In this document: one piece after another, positions 38,301-47,752 of the stretch
How the letters are laid out: each line of letters starts with the position of its first letter
Numbering within the stretch: position 1 is the first letter of the stretch
DNA from: a virus
Lineage: Duplodnaviria > Caudoviricetes
DNA: 64,000 nt
IMG/VR virus record: IMGVR_UViG_3300032295_003763
Coordinates: 96,001 to 160,000 of that record
Reading direction: 5' to 3' (one strand)
Program-made: the position numbers and the translations under genes
Notes under the pieces: generated by a model
What the model saw: only the letters and a program-made list of their open reading frames with translations
Databases searched by the model: none
Told to the model about the DNA's origin: nothing

Positions 38301-41300
38301 ACCTTGAGTTCCCTGATTACCTTGGTTACCTTGGTTACCTTGGTTGCCCTGAACGCCTTGTGTACCTTGAGTTCCTTGATTGCCTTGGTTACCCTGATTT
38401 CCTTGATTACCTTGAGTACCTTGAACCCCTTGAGTTCCTTGATTACCTTGGTTACCCTGATTTCCTTGATTACCTTGAGTACCTTGAACCCCTTGAGTTC
38501 CTTGATTACCTTGATTTCCTTGGTTGCCCTGAACGCCTTGTGTACCTTGAGTTCCTTGAGTACCCTGATTTCCTTGGTTACCTTGAGTACCCTGTACGCC
38601 TTGAGTACCTTGGTTTCCTTGGTTACCTTGATTGCCCTGAACGCCTTGTGTACCTTGAGTTCCTTGATTACCCTGATTTCCTTGGTTACCTTGATTACCT
38701 TGATTACCTTGGTTACCTTGAGTACCTTGAACTCCTTGTGTACCCTGATTTCCTTGAGTACCTTGAGTACCTTGAACTCCTTGGTCACCCTGTGTACCTT
38801 GATTACCTTGGTTGCCCTGAACGCCTTGTGTACCTTGGGTTCCTTGATTACCTTGGTTGCCCTGATTACCCTGATTTCCTTGGTTACCTTGAGTACCTTG
38901 AACTCCTTGTGTTCCTTGATTACCTTGGTTGCCTTGGTTACCCTGATTTCCTTGAACTCCTTGTGTACCTTGAGTTCCTTGATTACCCTGAACTCCTTGA
39001 TCTCCTTGGTTACCTTGATTACCTTGAACTCCTTGTGTACCTTGGGTTCCTTGATTACCCTGATTACCTTGGGCTCCTTGAGTTCCTTGAACACCCTGGT
39101 CTCCTTGAGTTCCTTGGTTTCCTTGGTTTCCTTGATTGCCCTGAGTGCCTTGAGTACCCTGTACACCTTGAGTTCCTTGGTTACCCTGATTTCCTTGGGT
39201 ACCTTGAACACCCTGATCCCCTTGGGTTCCTTGATTACCCTGATTTCCTTGGGTACCTTGAACACCCTGATCCCCTTGGGTTCCTTGATTACCCTGATTA
39301 CCTTGAGCTCCTTGAGTACCTTGGTTGCCCTGATTTCCTTGGGTACCTTGAACACCCTGATCTCCTTGGGTTCCTTGATTACCCTGATTACCCTGATTAC
39401 CCTGATTACCTTGAGCTCCTTGAGTACCTTGGTTGCCCTGATTTCCTTGAGTCCCTTGAACACCCTGATCTCCTTGGGTTCCTTGATTACCCTGATTACC
39501 CTGATTACCTTGAGCTCCTTGAGTACCTTGGTTACCCTGATTTCCTTGAGTCCCTTGAACCCCTTGAGACCCTTGAGACCCTTGACTACCTTGAGTACCC
39601 TGAACACCTTGATCTCCTTGTGTACCTTGGTTTCCTTGATTACCTTGGGTTCCCTGAGTACCTTGATTTCCTTGATTACCTTGGTTACCCTGAGTTCCTT
39701 GCACTCCTTGAGTACCTTGATTACCTTGATTACCTTGATTACCTTGGTTGCCCTGGTTACCCTGGGTTCCTTGAACACCTTGAGTACCTTGAGTACCCTG
39801 TTCACCATTCAATCCATTATAACCAGAAATACCTTGTAAACCTGTTATACCCTGAATACCCTGTGTCCCTTGTGGACCCTGAGTACCTTGATTCCCTTGG
39901 TTACCTTGGTTACCCTGTCTTCCTTGATTACCTTGATTGCCTTGAGTACCCTGAACTCCTTGAACACCTTGGGTCCCTTGAACCCCTTGAGTTCCTTGAT
40001 TGCCTTGAGTACCCTGAACTCCTTGAACACCTTGGGTCCCTTGAACCCCTTGAGTTCCTTGATTTCCTTGGTTACCTTGATTTCCTTGGTTACCTTGAGT
40101 ACCTTGAACCCCTTGAGCTCCTTGAACCCCTTGCGTACCTTGAGCACCATCAAAACCTAAAGTCCCTTGAACTCCTTGAGGACCTTGAGCACCATCAAAA
40201 CCTAAAGTCCCTTGAACACCTTGAGCACCTTGAGCACCATCAAAACCTAAAGTCCCTTGAACACCTTGAGCACCTTGAGTACCTTGATTGCCTTGAACTC
40301 CCGTATCACCTTGTGTACCCTGGACACCTTGAGCACCTTGAGCACCATCTAATGGAGCTGGATAATCTATCCATAGTCCAGTGGAAGTTTGATAACCCAA
40401 ATATGCACCATCAGCTGGTGTTGTTATTGTAACATCATTTAAATCATCTAAATTAATATTAGTAACTGATTCTCCCCCACCAGAAGAAAGACTTCGTATT
40501 AATCCACCTTGAATAAAAATCGCATCACTACCACTTGATAAATCAGTTGCCCCACCTCTTATTACTAGATACCCAAGAAAAACAGCATTTTGTAAAGTTA
40601 TAGGGGATTCAGCAAATGCTTCATAAGGAAGCCCATTTAAAGCAGAACCTAAACTTGAATACTCCTTAACACCATAATAAACAATAATATCACTAGGCGA
40701 ATCTGGTATTTGAAATAATCTCTGTACAGACCATTTATTAGTAGATACAGTAGCTAATGTTCCATCTCCATCATCATAACTTGCTGGATCTATATCTGTA
40801 TAAAAAGTTCCTGAATTATTATCATACACAAATCCACCACTTCCGTCTGCATACATTCTACATAAACTCGAAGGAGTACTTGGTGTTAATGTAGTTATAT
40901 CGGGTTCAAATGGATCACTTGAATAATTATTACCTATAATATAGGCTTTACCAGATGCCCTATCTATTCTGAGATTATTACCATTTGCAGATATATTTAA
41001 ACCTTCTTTTTTAATCGGTCCAAGTGTATTTAAGATTTCATATACCTTATGATTTACACCATATGAAGTAAATGGATCAGTTGTTACTAAATTTACATTT
41101 GTAAGATTTATATGACATAAATGACCAATAACAATATAATTCTTATAATCATCGTCTGTAAATGGTGTTGTTTTTTGCTGTAGAGCTCCAGTACTATCAA
41201 TATAAATATAAGTAAATGGGTCAGTTAATAAATTTGTGATAGTTTGGTTTGCGAATGCATTCCATTTTACTTCAGTAATATCCTGTGAAAGTTCTCCTGA

Positions 41301-41747
41301 AACAATTGAGTGTGTGACTATTTGACCTTGACCTTCTGAAACATTAAATGTAGTTCCACCGATTGTAGCACTTAAAAAACCCCCTGTTTTTATACCTGTA
41401 ATTTCTATCCCTTCAATATTATTATTTTCTTCTACTAACCATTTATTATCCCCATAATATACAATAGTTATACCCTGACCTTTACCATCCCATAAATATT
41501 GCGAGTTACCTTGAATAGTAGCACCAGTATCACTACTATTAGGCTTAATGATAATATTACTTACATAATTTGCAGTATCTAATATATGTAACTTATAGCC
41601 AAAAGAAATTATACTCCCAGACGCTGTAATCTGAGGTAGCGTTAATATAGAACCCCCAGCATTAGAACCAGTTACTCGAACTAATTCATAAAGTTGATTT
41701 ATACTAAGATTACCAGTTGACCAATTATATGTATTTTTATACCCCAT
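35307..41747 (-). CDS. Giant collagen-like fibre protein (2146 aa) with two GXQ tracts split by a globular domain
   Basis: N-terminal ~465-aa fibre-type domain; GXQ tracts 40346-38229 and 37724-35652; C-terminal TLPSTASVGD fibre module. Confidence 0.9.
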   Translation of the reverse strand: MGYKNTYNWSTGNLSINQLYELVRVTGSNAGGSILTLPQITASGSIISFGYKLHILDTANYVSNIIIKPNSSDTGATIQGNSQYLWDGKGQGITIVYYGDNKWLVEENNNIEGIEITGIKTGGFLSATIGGTTFNVSEGQGQIVTHSIVSGELSQDITEVKWNAFANQTITNLLTDPFTYIYIDSTGALQQKTTPFTDDDYKNYIVIGHLCHINLTNVNLVTTDPFTSYGVNHKVYEILNTLGPIKKEGLNISANGNNLRIDRASGKAYIIGNNYSSDPFEPDITTLTPSTPSSLCRMYADGSGGFVYDNNSGTFYTDIDPASYDDGDGTLATVSTNKWSVQRLFQIPDSPSDIIVYYGVKEYSSLGSALNGLPYEAFAESPITLQNAVFLGYLVIRGGATDLSSGSDAIFIQGGLIRSLSSGGGESVTNINLDDLNDVTITTPADGAYLGYQTSTGLWIDYPAPLDGAQGAQGVQGTQGDTGVQGNQGTQGAQGVQGTLGFDGAQGAQGVQGTLGFDGAQGPQGVQGTLGFDGAQGTQGVQGAQGVQGTQGNQGNQGNQGNQGTQGVQGTQGVQGVQGTQGNQGTQGVQGTQGVQGVQGTQGNQGNQGRQGNQGNQGNQGTQGPQGTQGIQGITGLQGISGYNGLNGEQGTQGTQGVQGTQGNQGNQGNQGNQGNQGTQGVQGTQGNQGNQGNQGTQGTQGNQGNQGTQGDQGVQGTQGSQGSQGSQGVQGTQGNQGNQGTQGAQGNQGNQGNQGTQGDQGVQGTQGNQGNQGTQGAQGNQGNQGNQGNQGTQGDQGVQGTQGNQGNQGTQGAQGNQGNQGTQGDQGVQGTQGNQGNQGTQGDQGVQGTQGNQGNQGTQGVQGTQGTQGNQGNQGNQGTQGDQGVQGTQGAQGNQGNQGTQGTQGVQGNQGNQGDQGVQGNQGTQGTQGVQGNQGNQGNQGNQGTQGVQGTQGNQGNQGNQGNQGNQGTQGTQGVQGNQGNQGTQGDQGVQGTQGTQGNQGTQGVQGTQGNQGNQGNQGNQGNQGNQGTQGTQGVQGNQGNQGNQGTQGVQGTQGNQGNQGTQGTQGTQGVQGNQGNQGNQGTQGVQGTQGNQGNQGNQGNQGTQGVQGTQGNQGNQGNQGNQGTQGTQGVQGNQGNQGNQGNQGTQGTQGVQGVQGVQGTQGNEGISGISGGISYFLNSSVAQTPSPYRQLSKSTTTAGQTTVVTNLTANQQNVLVDSGWITNSGDPNVILIPNGLWHAYIYWTKNAENDDLQYYFTVSKYDGATTTLLFTSDTVAIGWSVNNTTPVEVKANAVATTASLNLTDRLILNLYLNNLDNQNRTVTFYTEGTQHYSYVVTTLGPTGTQGPQGNQGSQGTQGIQGVQGVQGTQGNQGNQGTQGVQGTQGTQGNQGNQGNQGTQGVQGTQGTQGNQGNQGNQGNQGTQGVQGTQGNQGTQGVQGTQGTQGNQGNQGTQGVQGTQGAQGNQGNQGNQGTQGVQGTQGNQGNQGTQGVQGTQGTQGTQGAQGNQGNQGSQGTQGVQGTQGNQGNQGNQGNQGNQGTQGVQGTQGNQGNQGNQGNQGSQGTQGTQGTQGNQGNQGNQGTQGVQGVQGTQGTQGTQGNQGNQGNQGNQGNQGNQGTQGVQGTQGAQGTQGTQGTQGVQGTQGTQGTQGVQGTQGTQGTQGVQGTQGTQGTQGVQGTQGTQGNQGNQGNQGNQGTQGVQGTQGTQGTQGVQGVQGRQGNQGNQGNQGNQGTQGVQGTQGNQGNQGNQGNQGNQGTQGVQGNQGTQGTQGTQGVQGTQGNQGNQGNQGNQGTQGNQGTQGVQGTQGTQGTQGVQGTQGNQGNQGTQGVQGTQGTQGTQGTQGNQGNQGNQGNQGFQGTQGVQGVQGTQGTQGTQGAQGNQGNQGTQGDQGIKGSQGTQGDQGVQGTQGTQGTQGNQGNQGNQGTQGVQGTQGTQGNQGNQGTQGPQGTQGNQGNQGNQGTQGAQGNQGNQGNQGTQGVQGTQGPQGTQGNQGNQGTQGPQGTQGNQGNQGTQGVQGIQGILGVQGTQGPSGGSSAWTTVTINTSIVSNSNYISNGVSQLIFTLPSTASVGDSFRIVSRSTNGYRIAQNASQSISFLSLTTTTGTGGYIESVNYSTGIAYAAIEVICIIANTSWVVVTSHGQFNVV
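35652..40346. repeat. 9-bp coding tandem repeat (sense CAA GGT/GGA NNN), interrupted at 37725-38228
   Basis: ccttg periodicity every 9 nt. Confidence 0.95.
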
Positions 41748-41813
41748 TGGGTATTGATTTTTATTTTATTTGGGATTATACCTTTATGGGTACAATTTAT
41801 ATTCTCCTTTGCC

Positions 41814-41821
41814 TATATATC
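41814..41821 (-). promoter_or_regulatory. GATATATA putative late promoter
   Basis: 66 nt upstream of 41747. Confidence 0.6.
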
Positions 41822-41895
41822 TTAAAATCAAAGTCTAAACTATAGTCATAGACATTATTAAGAATTAAGAAATGTATTCTCAAATATTTTCAAGA

Positions 41896-43542
41896 TTAAA
41901 CAATCGAGCCCGTTCCAAGATAAGTCCAATTTTGACCATTTAGGTCTCCTCTCCATACTCTACTTGTTGTAGATGCAGCTTGAGCAACTGATGGAACATT
42001 ATATGGGCCTACAGTTCCTTCTCCTGTCGTTTTGACTCTTGTTTCGACATATTGATATTGTGAATCTCTATACAAATTTAATACATACGTTCTTGGAGAT
42101 GTTGTATTTCCAAATCTACCGCAATACACTATATTTTTAATAGAGTATTTAGAACCTTGATTATCTATTTTATAATACCAGTTTTGAGTATCACCATCAG
42201 TATTAACTAATCCTTTCGCCAACCATAAGTCTGCTGAATTTCCTGCTATAGTTGCAGATGCTGAACCTACAGCAGCATTAGGGGCTGAATAAATATTACC
42301 ATTTCCTGCATTTAGTGTGATATAACCATTTGTACTCAAATATAAATTTGTACTAGATACACCATTAGATGCAAATGTAGGAATTGTTATAGCTGTAGAA
42401 CTATTACCATCATCTGCATTTGTGAATGTTCCAGAATATAATGTATATCCAGTTGCGTCTGAAGGGAATGCTATCGTATTTGTAGAGAATCTCCATCCGA
42501 ATCTTGTTGATATTGCATTATAGTTTTGTAAAATTTCAGTTGGGGATAATGCTCTATTATAAACTTGAACAATTGGAATTTTACCATCGATAGTTTCCAA
42601 GTCGTCCCATCTACGAGCAATATAATAACCCAATCCACTTGATAATGGGGTTACACTTGTTGTAAGTGTAGATTCTTGAGTTCCATTTTTGTATAATCTT
42701 ACAGTTGTACCATCATAAGTAACTGCAGCATTATACCAAACTCCAGTTGAAGGGGTAAACCCCGCTGGAACTTTGAATCCATCGGCAGAAGTAAAAAAAC
42801 CACCTGTTATTTTTCCATCCCAAGGACTTGCACAAAATCCCAAAACAAAATTTATGTTACTTGCATCAACATATCTTTCTGTTATAATTTGAGGGATTAC
42901 ATTTGTTGAAGGAATAGAGTCTAACTTAAACCAAGCATTTACTGTGAAATTTGTTAGTGCCCCACCACTAAAATCAGAAATTGAAACGTGGTCATTTGTT
43001 CCATCGAAATCTAATAAACCTCCATCATTAGCATCAACAGAAAATGTAGGAGAATTTACAAGAGTCCCATTATTACTATTATTACTGAAATCATACCAAG
43101 TAGAACCAACAAGGGGATATGAATCTAAGAAACCTGAATCTAAATTCATTACTAATCCACTTGTAACAATAGAAGGATAAATTCTATTTACTAAAATATA
43201 TCTACCAGTCCCCTTTAACCATGTAATAGCATCTGCCAACGTAGAATGATTAGTCTGACCAAACATTTCTTGAAGTTTATTAATAGTTTGCAATAATTCG
43301 GATTCTGTTGTTCCAACAGTTATCCATGCAGTAGGTCTTCCTTCTTCAAGTGCTGTAAACCCTTGAGAGTAAGTATCAGAATAAATAATAAAACCATTAG
43401 GATTATTTACCCCACTCCACCATTTATATCCTGAATAGTTAGCTTCATAAAAATCGTCACCTATACCTATTGCAACATTACCCTTTTGAATAGTATTAGG
43501 TATAGAAGAACCATTATTAAATGTTATAGGATTCCTTGACAT
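41896..43542 (-). CDS. LamG/concanavalin A-like domain protein with a C-terminal NIDO-like domain
   Basis: GLVMNLD..SYP..GSTWYD.S..NNGTLVN.PTF..FDGTND..FTV.AWFK..WYN.AVTYDG..LY.NG..YNRALS..EI.QNYNA; then DDG.S..I.IP.F....LYLSTNGYITL. Confidence 0.85.
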   Translation of the reverse strand: MSRNPITFNNGSSIPNTIQKGNVAIGIGDDFYEANYSGYKWWSGVNNPNGFIIYSDTYSQGFTALEEGRPTAWITVGTTESELLQTINKLQEMFGQTNHSTLADAITWLKGTGRYILVNRIYPSIVTSGLVMNLDSGFLDSYPLVGSTWYDFSNNSNNGTLVNSPTFSVDANDGGLLDFDGTNDHVSISDFSGGALTNFTVNAWFKLDSIPSTNVIPQIITERYVDASNINFVLGFCASPWDGKITGGFFTSADGFKVPAGFTPSTGVWYNAAVTYDGTTVRLYKNGTQESTLTTSVTPLSSGLGYYIARRWDDLETIDGKIPIVQVYNRALSPTEILQNYNAISTRFGWRFSTNTIAFPSDATGYTLYSGTFTNADDGNSSTAITIPTFASNGVSSTNLYLSTNGYITLNAGNGNIYSAPNAAVGSASATIAGNSADLWLAKGLVNTDGDTQNWYYKIDNQGSKYSIKNIVYCGRFGNTTSPRTYVLNLYRDSQYQYVETRVKTTGEGTVGPYNVPSVAQAASTTSRVWRGDLNGQNWTYLGTGSIV

Positions 43543-43543
43543 A

Positions 43544-46500
43544 TTAGTAAGTTGGATCTTTTAAAGTCAGCATATTAGTAATTAAAGGCTGACGAGTTAA
43601 GTTAAATACAATAGCAGTTCCAGTTGCACTAGGATCTTTATAATTTGTAATACAATCAGTACCTATTACCATACCATAAGAACCACTAGAACTTACACCC
43701 ACATCGGTTATTACTCCATAGTTTGTTGAAGAATCACTATAAAATATTACGTCACTCAGTTCGCAATAATAATCTGAATATGTCTTAGCATCAATCTTTA
43801 TAATAATTGCTGGATTACCAGATGTGTATGATTTTACAATACTATTTTTAAGTATTACTAAATTTTGAACATTATTTGTATCAGGGAAGTGTTTAATAAT
43901 TCCATTTGTTGATGTCGATGTTCCATGTATAGAACCTAAAACAAATGAAAATGCTACTGCACCTGTCACTGAAACAACTTCAACACTAGAAGAAGTTGAA
44001 TATAAATTACATCTTGATAAACTTACTTCAGAAAGTGTAGATAAGGATGCTGATGATAAGTCTAATATCATTCCAGCAGATTTAACTGTTATATCTGTTA
44101 GTTTTACTCTAACATCAGATGCACCATTTGTAGATAAAAATTTACTTGATGAGTTTGATAATATAAATTTACTTTGAATTAAACTATCATCATAAGTTGA
44201 ACCATTATCTTTTCCAGTTATTGAAAGAGCATCTATATGTGCCATATCGAATAAAATAGAACTACCAGAATATGTTATAGAAGTACTAGAATTTAATTCA
44301 ATGTATAAACTTGTTAAATCATTAGTCCATGTTGGTGATGTTGTCTCTGAATAAATCCCAGGTAAAATATGTATAGTATAGCCGTTTAAACTATTTGTCG
44401 ATAAATAATTAATTGCAGATACTATTGTTCTCCAAGGTTTTGTTAAATCACCCACAACTGGATTATATGCAGAATAAGGACCAACGTATCCTGCATCACT
44501 GGAAGAATCTGATCCATAATTATCAACATATAAAATATTTTTAAATTGGAAATTAGGTCCAATAGCACCTTGAACACCTATAATACCTTGAATACCCTGA
44601 ATACCCTGAATACCTTGAACACCTTGATCTCCTTGAGTTCCTTGAACACCTTGATCACCTTGAGTGCCTTGGTTGCCTTGAGCACCATCATAACCTTGAT
44701 CTCCTTGAGTTCCTTGAACACCTTGAGCACCATCATAACCTTGATCACCTTGAGTGCCTTGGTTACCTTGAGCACCATCATAACCTTGATCGCCTTGAGT
44801 GCCTTGAACACCTTGAGTACCGTCATAACCTTGATCACCTTGAGTGCCTTGGTTACCTTGGTTACCCTGAGTACCTTGAACACCTTGATCCCCCTGGGTT
44901 CCTTGATTGCCCTGATTACCTTGATTACCCTGGTTACCTTGAACTCCTTGAATCCCTTGGGTTCCCTGAACTCCTTGAGTACCTTGACTACCTTGGTTAC
45001 CTTGGTTACCTTGATTTCCTTGGGTACCTTGAACACCCTGATCACCTTGGGATCCTTGATTCCCTTGATTCCCCTGGTTACCTTGAGTACCTTGGTTACC
45101 TTGAGTACCTTGAACTCCTTGATCTCCTTGGGTGCCTTGATTTCCCTGATTTCCTTGATTGCCCTGATTCCCTTGGTTACCTTGAACCCCCTGAATCCCT
45201 TGGGTTCCCTGAACTCCTTGAGTACCTTGACTACCTTGGTTTCCTTGGTTTCCTTGGTTTCCTTGATTACCCTGTGTACCTTGAACACCTTGATCTCCTT
45301 GAGTTCCTTGATTACCCTGATTACCCTGATTTCCTTGGTTACCTTGATTTCCTTGAACACCTTGAATCCCTTGCGTTCCTTGAGCACCTTGATTTCCTTG
45401 ATTCCCTTGGTTACCTTGATTTCCTTGATTCCCTTGGTTACCCTGAACACCTTGATCTCCTTGGGTGCCTTGGTTACCTTGATTTCCTTGGTTACCTTGA
45501 TTTCCTTGAACACCTTGAATCCCTTGCGTTCCTTGAGCACCTTGATTTCCTTGATTCCCTTGGTTACCTTGATTTCCTTGATTCCCTTGGTTACCTTGGT
45601 TACCTTGAGTACCCTGAACACCTTGAGTTCCCTGTGAACCTTGGTTACCCTGATTACCTTGATTACCTTGGTTACCTTGATTACCTTGAGTACCCTGAAC
45701 ACCTTGAGTTCCCTGTGAACCTTGATTGCCCTGATTTCCTTGGTTACCTTGAGTACCTTGAGTACCTTGAGTTCCCTGAACGCCTTGTGTACCTTGTGTA
45801 CCTTGGTTGCCTTGATTACCTTGATTACCCTGGTTACCTTGATTACCTTGAACTCCTTGAGTACCCTGAGCACCTTGATTTCCTTGGTTACCTTGGTTTC
45901 CTTGTGTACCCTGAGTTCCTTGATTACCTTGATTACCCTGAGTACCTTGAACACCTTGTGTTCCTTGGTTACCTTGATTTCCTTGATTACCCTGGTTACC
46001 TTGATTACCCTGAACACCTTGAATCCCTTGAGTACCTTGAGCACCTTGATTTCCTTGGTTACCTTGGTTACCTTGGTTTCCTTGTGTACCTTGAGTTCCC
46101 TGAACACCTTGTGTACCTTGAACCCCTTGAGTGCCCTGCGTACCTTGGTTTCCTTGATTACCCTGATTACCTTGAGTTCCCTGTACACCTTGTGTACCTT
46201 GAACCCCTTGAGTACCTTGGGTTCCTTGATTACCTTGGTTACCCTGATTTCCTTGATTACCCTGAACACCTTGAGTACCTTGAACTCCTTGAGTGCCCTG
46301 TGTACCTTGGTTACCTTGATTCCCTTGATTACCCTGAACTCCTTGAATTCCTTGAGTACCCTGAGCACCTTGATTCCCTTGATTACCTTGGTTTCCTTGA
46401 TTACCCTGATTGCCTTGGTTACCCTGATTACCTTGAGTACCTTGAACCCCTTGGGCACCCTGTGTACCTTGGTTACCTTGATTCCCTTGATTACCCTGAA

Positions 46501-47677
46501 CTCCTTGAATTCCTTGAGTACCCTGAGCACCTTGATTCCCTTGATTACCTTGATTACCTTGGTTACCTTGGTTACCTTGAGTACCTTGAACCCCTTGTGT
46601 ACCTTGAACTCCCTGAGTACCCTGTGTACCTTGAACCCCTTGAGTTCCCTGTGTACCCTGCTCACCATTTAAACCATTATAACCAGATATACCCTGAAGA
46701 CCAGTAATACCTTGTACCCCTTGAGTACCTTGTGGTCCTTGATTACCTTGGTTACCTTGGTTACCTTGGTTACCTTGTCTTCCTTGATTGCCCTGATTAC
46801 CCTGAGCCCCTTGGACACCTTGTGTACCCTGTGTTCCTTGATTACCTTGATAACCCTGAACACCTTGTTCACCTTGAGTTCCTTGAACACCCTGAGCACC
46901 TTGAGCACCCTGTGAACCATCTATACCTTGATAACCTTGTGATCCCACAAAACCATCTTTACCTTGAAGACCTTGAGTACCCTGTGCACCGTTTATACCT
47001 TGATAGCCCTGGTCTCCACGTTCTCCTTGATCACCTTTAATACTAATACCAATGGGACCCTGTAAACCAATTTGACCTTGCTGTCCAGTTATGCCTTGAT
47101 TACCTTGTTGACCATTCGGACCTTGAAATCCTTGAATACCTCTTAAACCTTGAATACCTTGAGTACCTTGAGTACCTCTTCCTTGAACACCTTGAGTTCC
47201 TTGCAAACCCTGAACACCTTGTTCACCCAATCCAGATTGCTGAGGACCTAATGCTCCTTGATTACCTTGATTTCCTTGTCTACCTTGAGATCCAGAACAC
47301 CCCTGTGGACCTTGACTACCATCTGATCCATCTGTACCATCTGAACCAGAAAGACCTTGAGGACCTTGATCACCCAGCCCCGATTGTTGAGGCCCCATAA
47401 CACCTTGCAAGCCTATACCAGTAGGCCCCTGATGTCCTTGATAACCTACTATACCTCGAACACCTTGAAATCCTTGATTACCAACAGGTCCCTGAATACC
47501 TTGGATACCACGCAAACCTTGAATACCTTGGTTTCCTTGAGTACCACGTCCTTGTGTACCCTGCGGTCCCTGTATACCTTGTAAACCTTGATCTCCAATA
47601 CCTTGAAGACCTTGTATACCTTGAAATCCTAATACTCCATTGGTTTCATCAAGAATAATGTTATAAATAATTGACAT
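43544..47677 (-). CDS. Collagen-like fibre protein (1377 aa) with a C-terminal right-handed beta-helix-like domain
   Basis: ~1030 aa of GXQ triplets; C-terminal LYVD..GSD..G..KPWRTI..AI..TIHILPG.YSE. Confidence 0.88.
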   Translation of the reverse strand: MSIIYNIILDETNGVLGFQGIQGLQGIGDQGLQGIQGPQGTQGRGTQGNQGIQGLRGIQGIQGPVGNQGFQGVRGIVGYQGHQGPTGIGLQGVMGPQQSGLGDQGPQGLSGSDGTDGSDGSQGPQGCSGSQGRQGNQGNQGALGPQQSGLGEQGVQGLQGTQGVQGRGTQGTQGIQGLRGIQGFQGPNGQQGNQGITGQQGQIGLQGPIGISIKGDQGERGDQGYQGINGAQGTQGLQGKDGFVGSQGYQGIDGSQGAQGAQGVQGTQGEQGVQGYQGNQGTQGTQGVQGAQGNQGNQGRQGNQGNQGNQGNQGPQGTQGVQGITGLQGISGYNGLNGEQGTQGTQGVQGTQGTQGVQGTQGVQGTQGNQGNQGNQGNQGNQGAQGTQGIQGVQGNQGNQGNQGTQGAQGVQGTQGNQGNQGNQGNQGNQGNQGNQGAQGTQGIQGVQGNQGNQGNQGTQGTQGVQGTQGVQGNQGNQGNQGNQGTQGTQGVQGTQGVQGTQGNQGNQGNQGTQGTQGVQGTQGVQGTQGTQGNQGNQGNQGNQGAQGTQGIQGVQGNQGNQGNQGNQGNQGTQGVQGTQGNQGNQGTQGTQGNQGNQGNQGAQGTQGVQGNQGNQGNQGNQGNQGTQGTQGVQGTQGTQGTQGNQGNQGNQGSQGTQGVQGTQGNQGNQGNQGNQGNQGSQGTQGVQGTQGNQGNQGNQGNQGNQGNQGNQGAQGTQGIQGVQGNQGNQGNQGNQGTQGDQGVQGNQGNQGNQGNQGNQGNQGAQGTQGIQGVQGNQGNQGNQGNQGNQGTQGDQGVQGTQGNQGNQGNQGNQGSQGTQGVQGTQGIQGVQGNQGNQGNQGNQGNQGTQGDQGVQGTQGNQGTQGNQGNQGNQGSQGDQGVQGTQGNQGNQGNQGSQGTQGVQGTQGIQGVQGNQGNQGNQGNQGTQGDQGVQGTQGNQGNQGTQGDQGYDGTQGVQGTQGDQGYDGAQGNQGTQGDQGYDGAQGVQGTQGDQGYDGAQGNQGTQGDQGVQGTQGDQGVQGIQGIQGIQGIIGVQGAIGPNFQFKNILYVDNYGSDSSSDAGYVGPYSAYNPVVGDLTKPWRTIVSAINYLSTNSLNGYTIHILPGIYSETTSPTWTNDLTSLYIELNSSTSITYSGSSILFDMAHIDALSITGKDNGSTYDDSLIQSKFILSNSSSKFLSTNGASDVRVKLTDITVKSAGMILDLSSASLSTLSEVSLSRCNLYSTSSSVEVVSVTGAVAFSFVLGSIHGTSTSTNGIIKHFPDTNNVQNLVILKNSIVKSYTSGNPAIIIKIDAKTYSDYYCELSDVIFYSDSSTNYGVITDVGVSSSGSYGMVIGTDCITNYKDPSATGTAIVFNLTRQPLITNMLTLKDPTY
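44555..47638. repeat. 9-bp coding tandem repeat (GXQ collagen)
   Basis: ccttg/ccctg periodicity. Confidence 0.95.
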
Positions 47678-47709
47678 GCTAAAGGTAATCTTTAATTGCC
47701 ATAAATAAA

Positions 47710-47752
47710 TTATGGAATTCCTCGGTTATATATCCGAAATGGAATTCCATAA
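47710..47752 (-). promoter_or_regulatory. GATATATA motif (47727-47734) enclosed in a long inverted repeat
   Basis: TTATGGAATTCC/GGAATTCCATAA outer arms plus TCGG/CCGA inner arms around the motif. Confidence 0.6.

Noticed and set aside
35633-47040. Long alternative-frame and antisense ORFs (e.g. 35633..37732, 36078..37799, 38297..40432, 44578..46668, 45274..46707) encoding LEYL/TLST/KVIK repeats
   Set aside because: Shadows of the 9-bp GXQ repeat, which lacks stops in several frames; they end where the repeat ends and have no promoters
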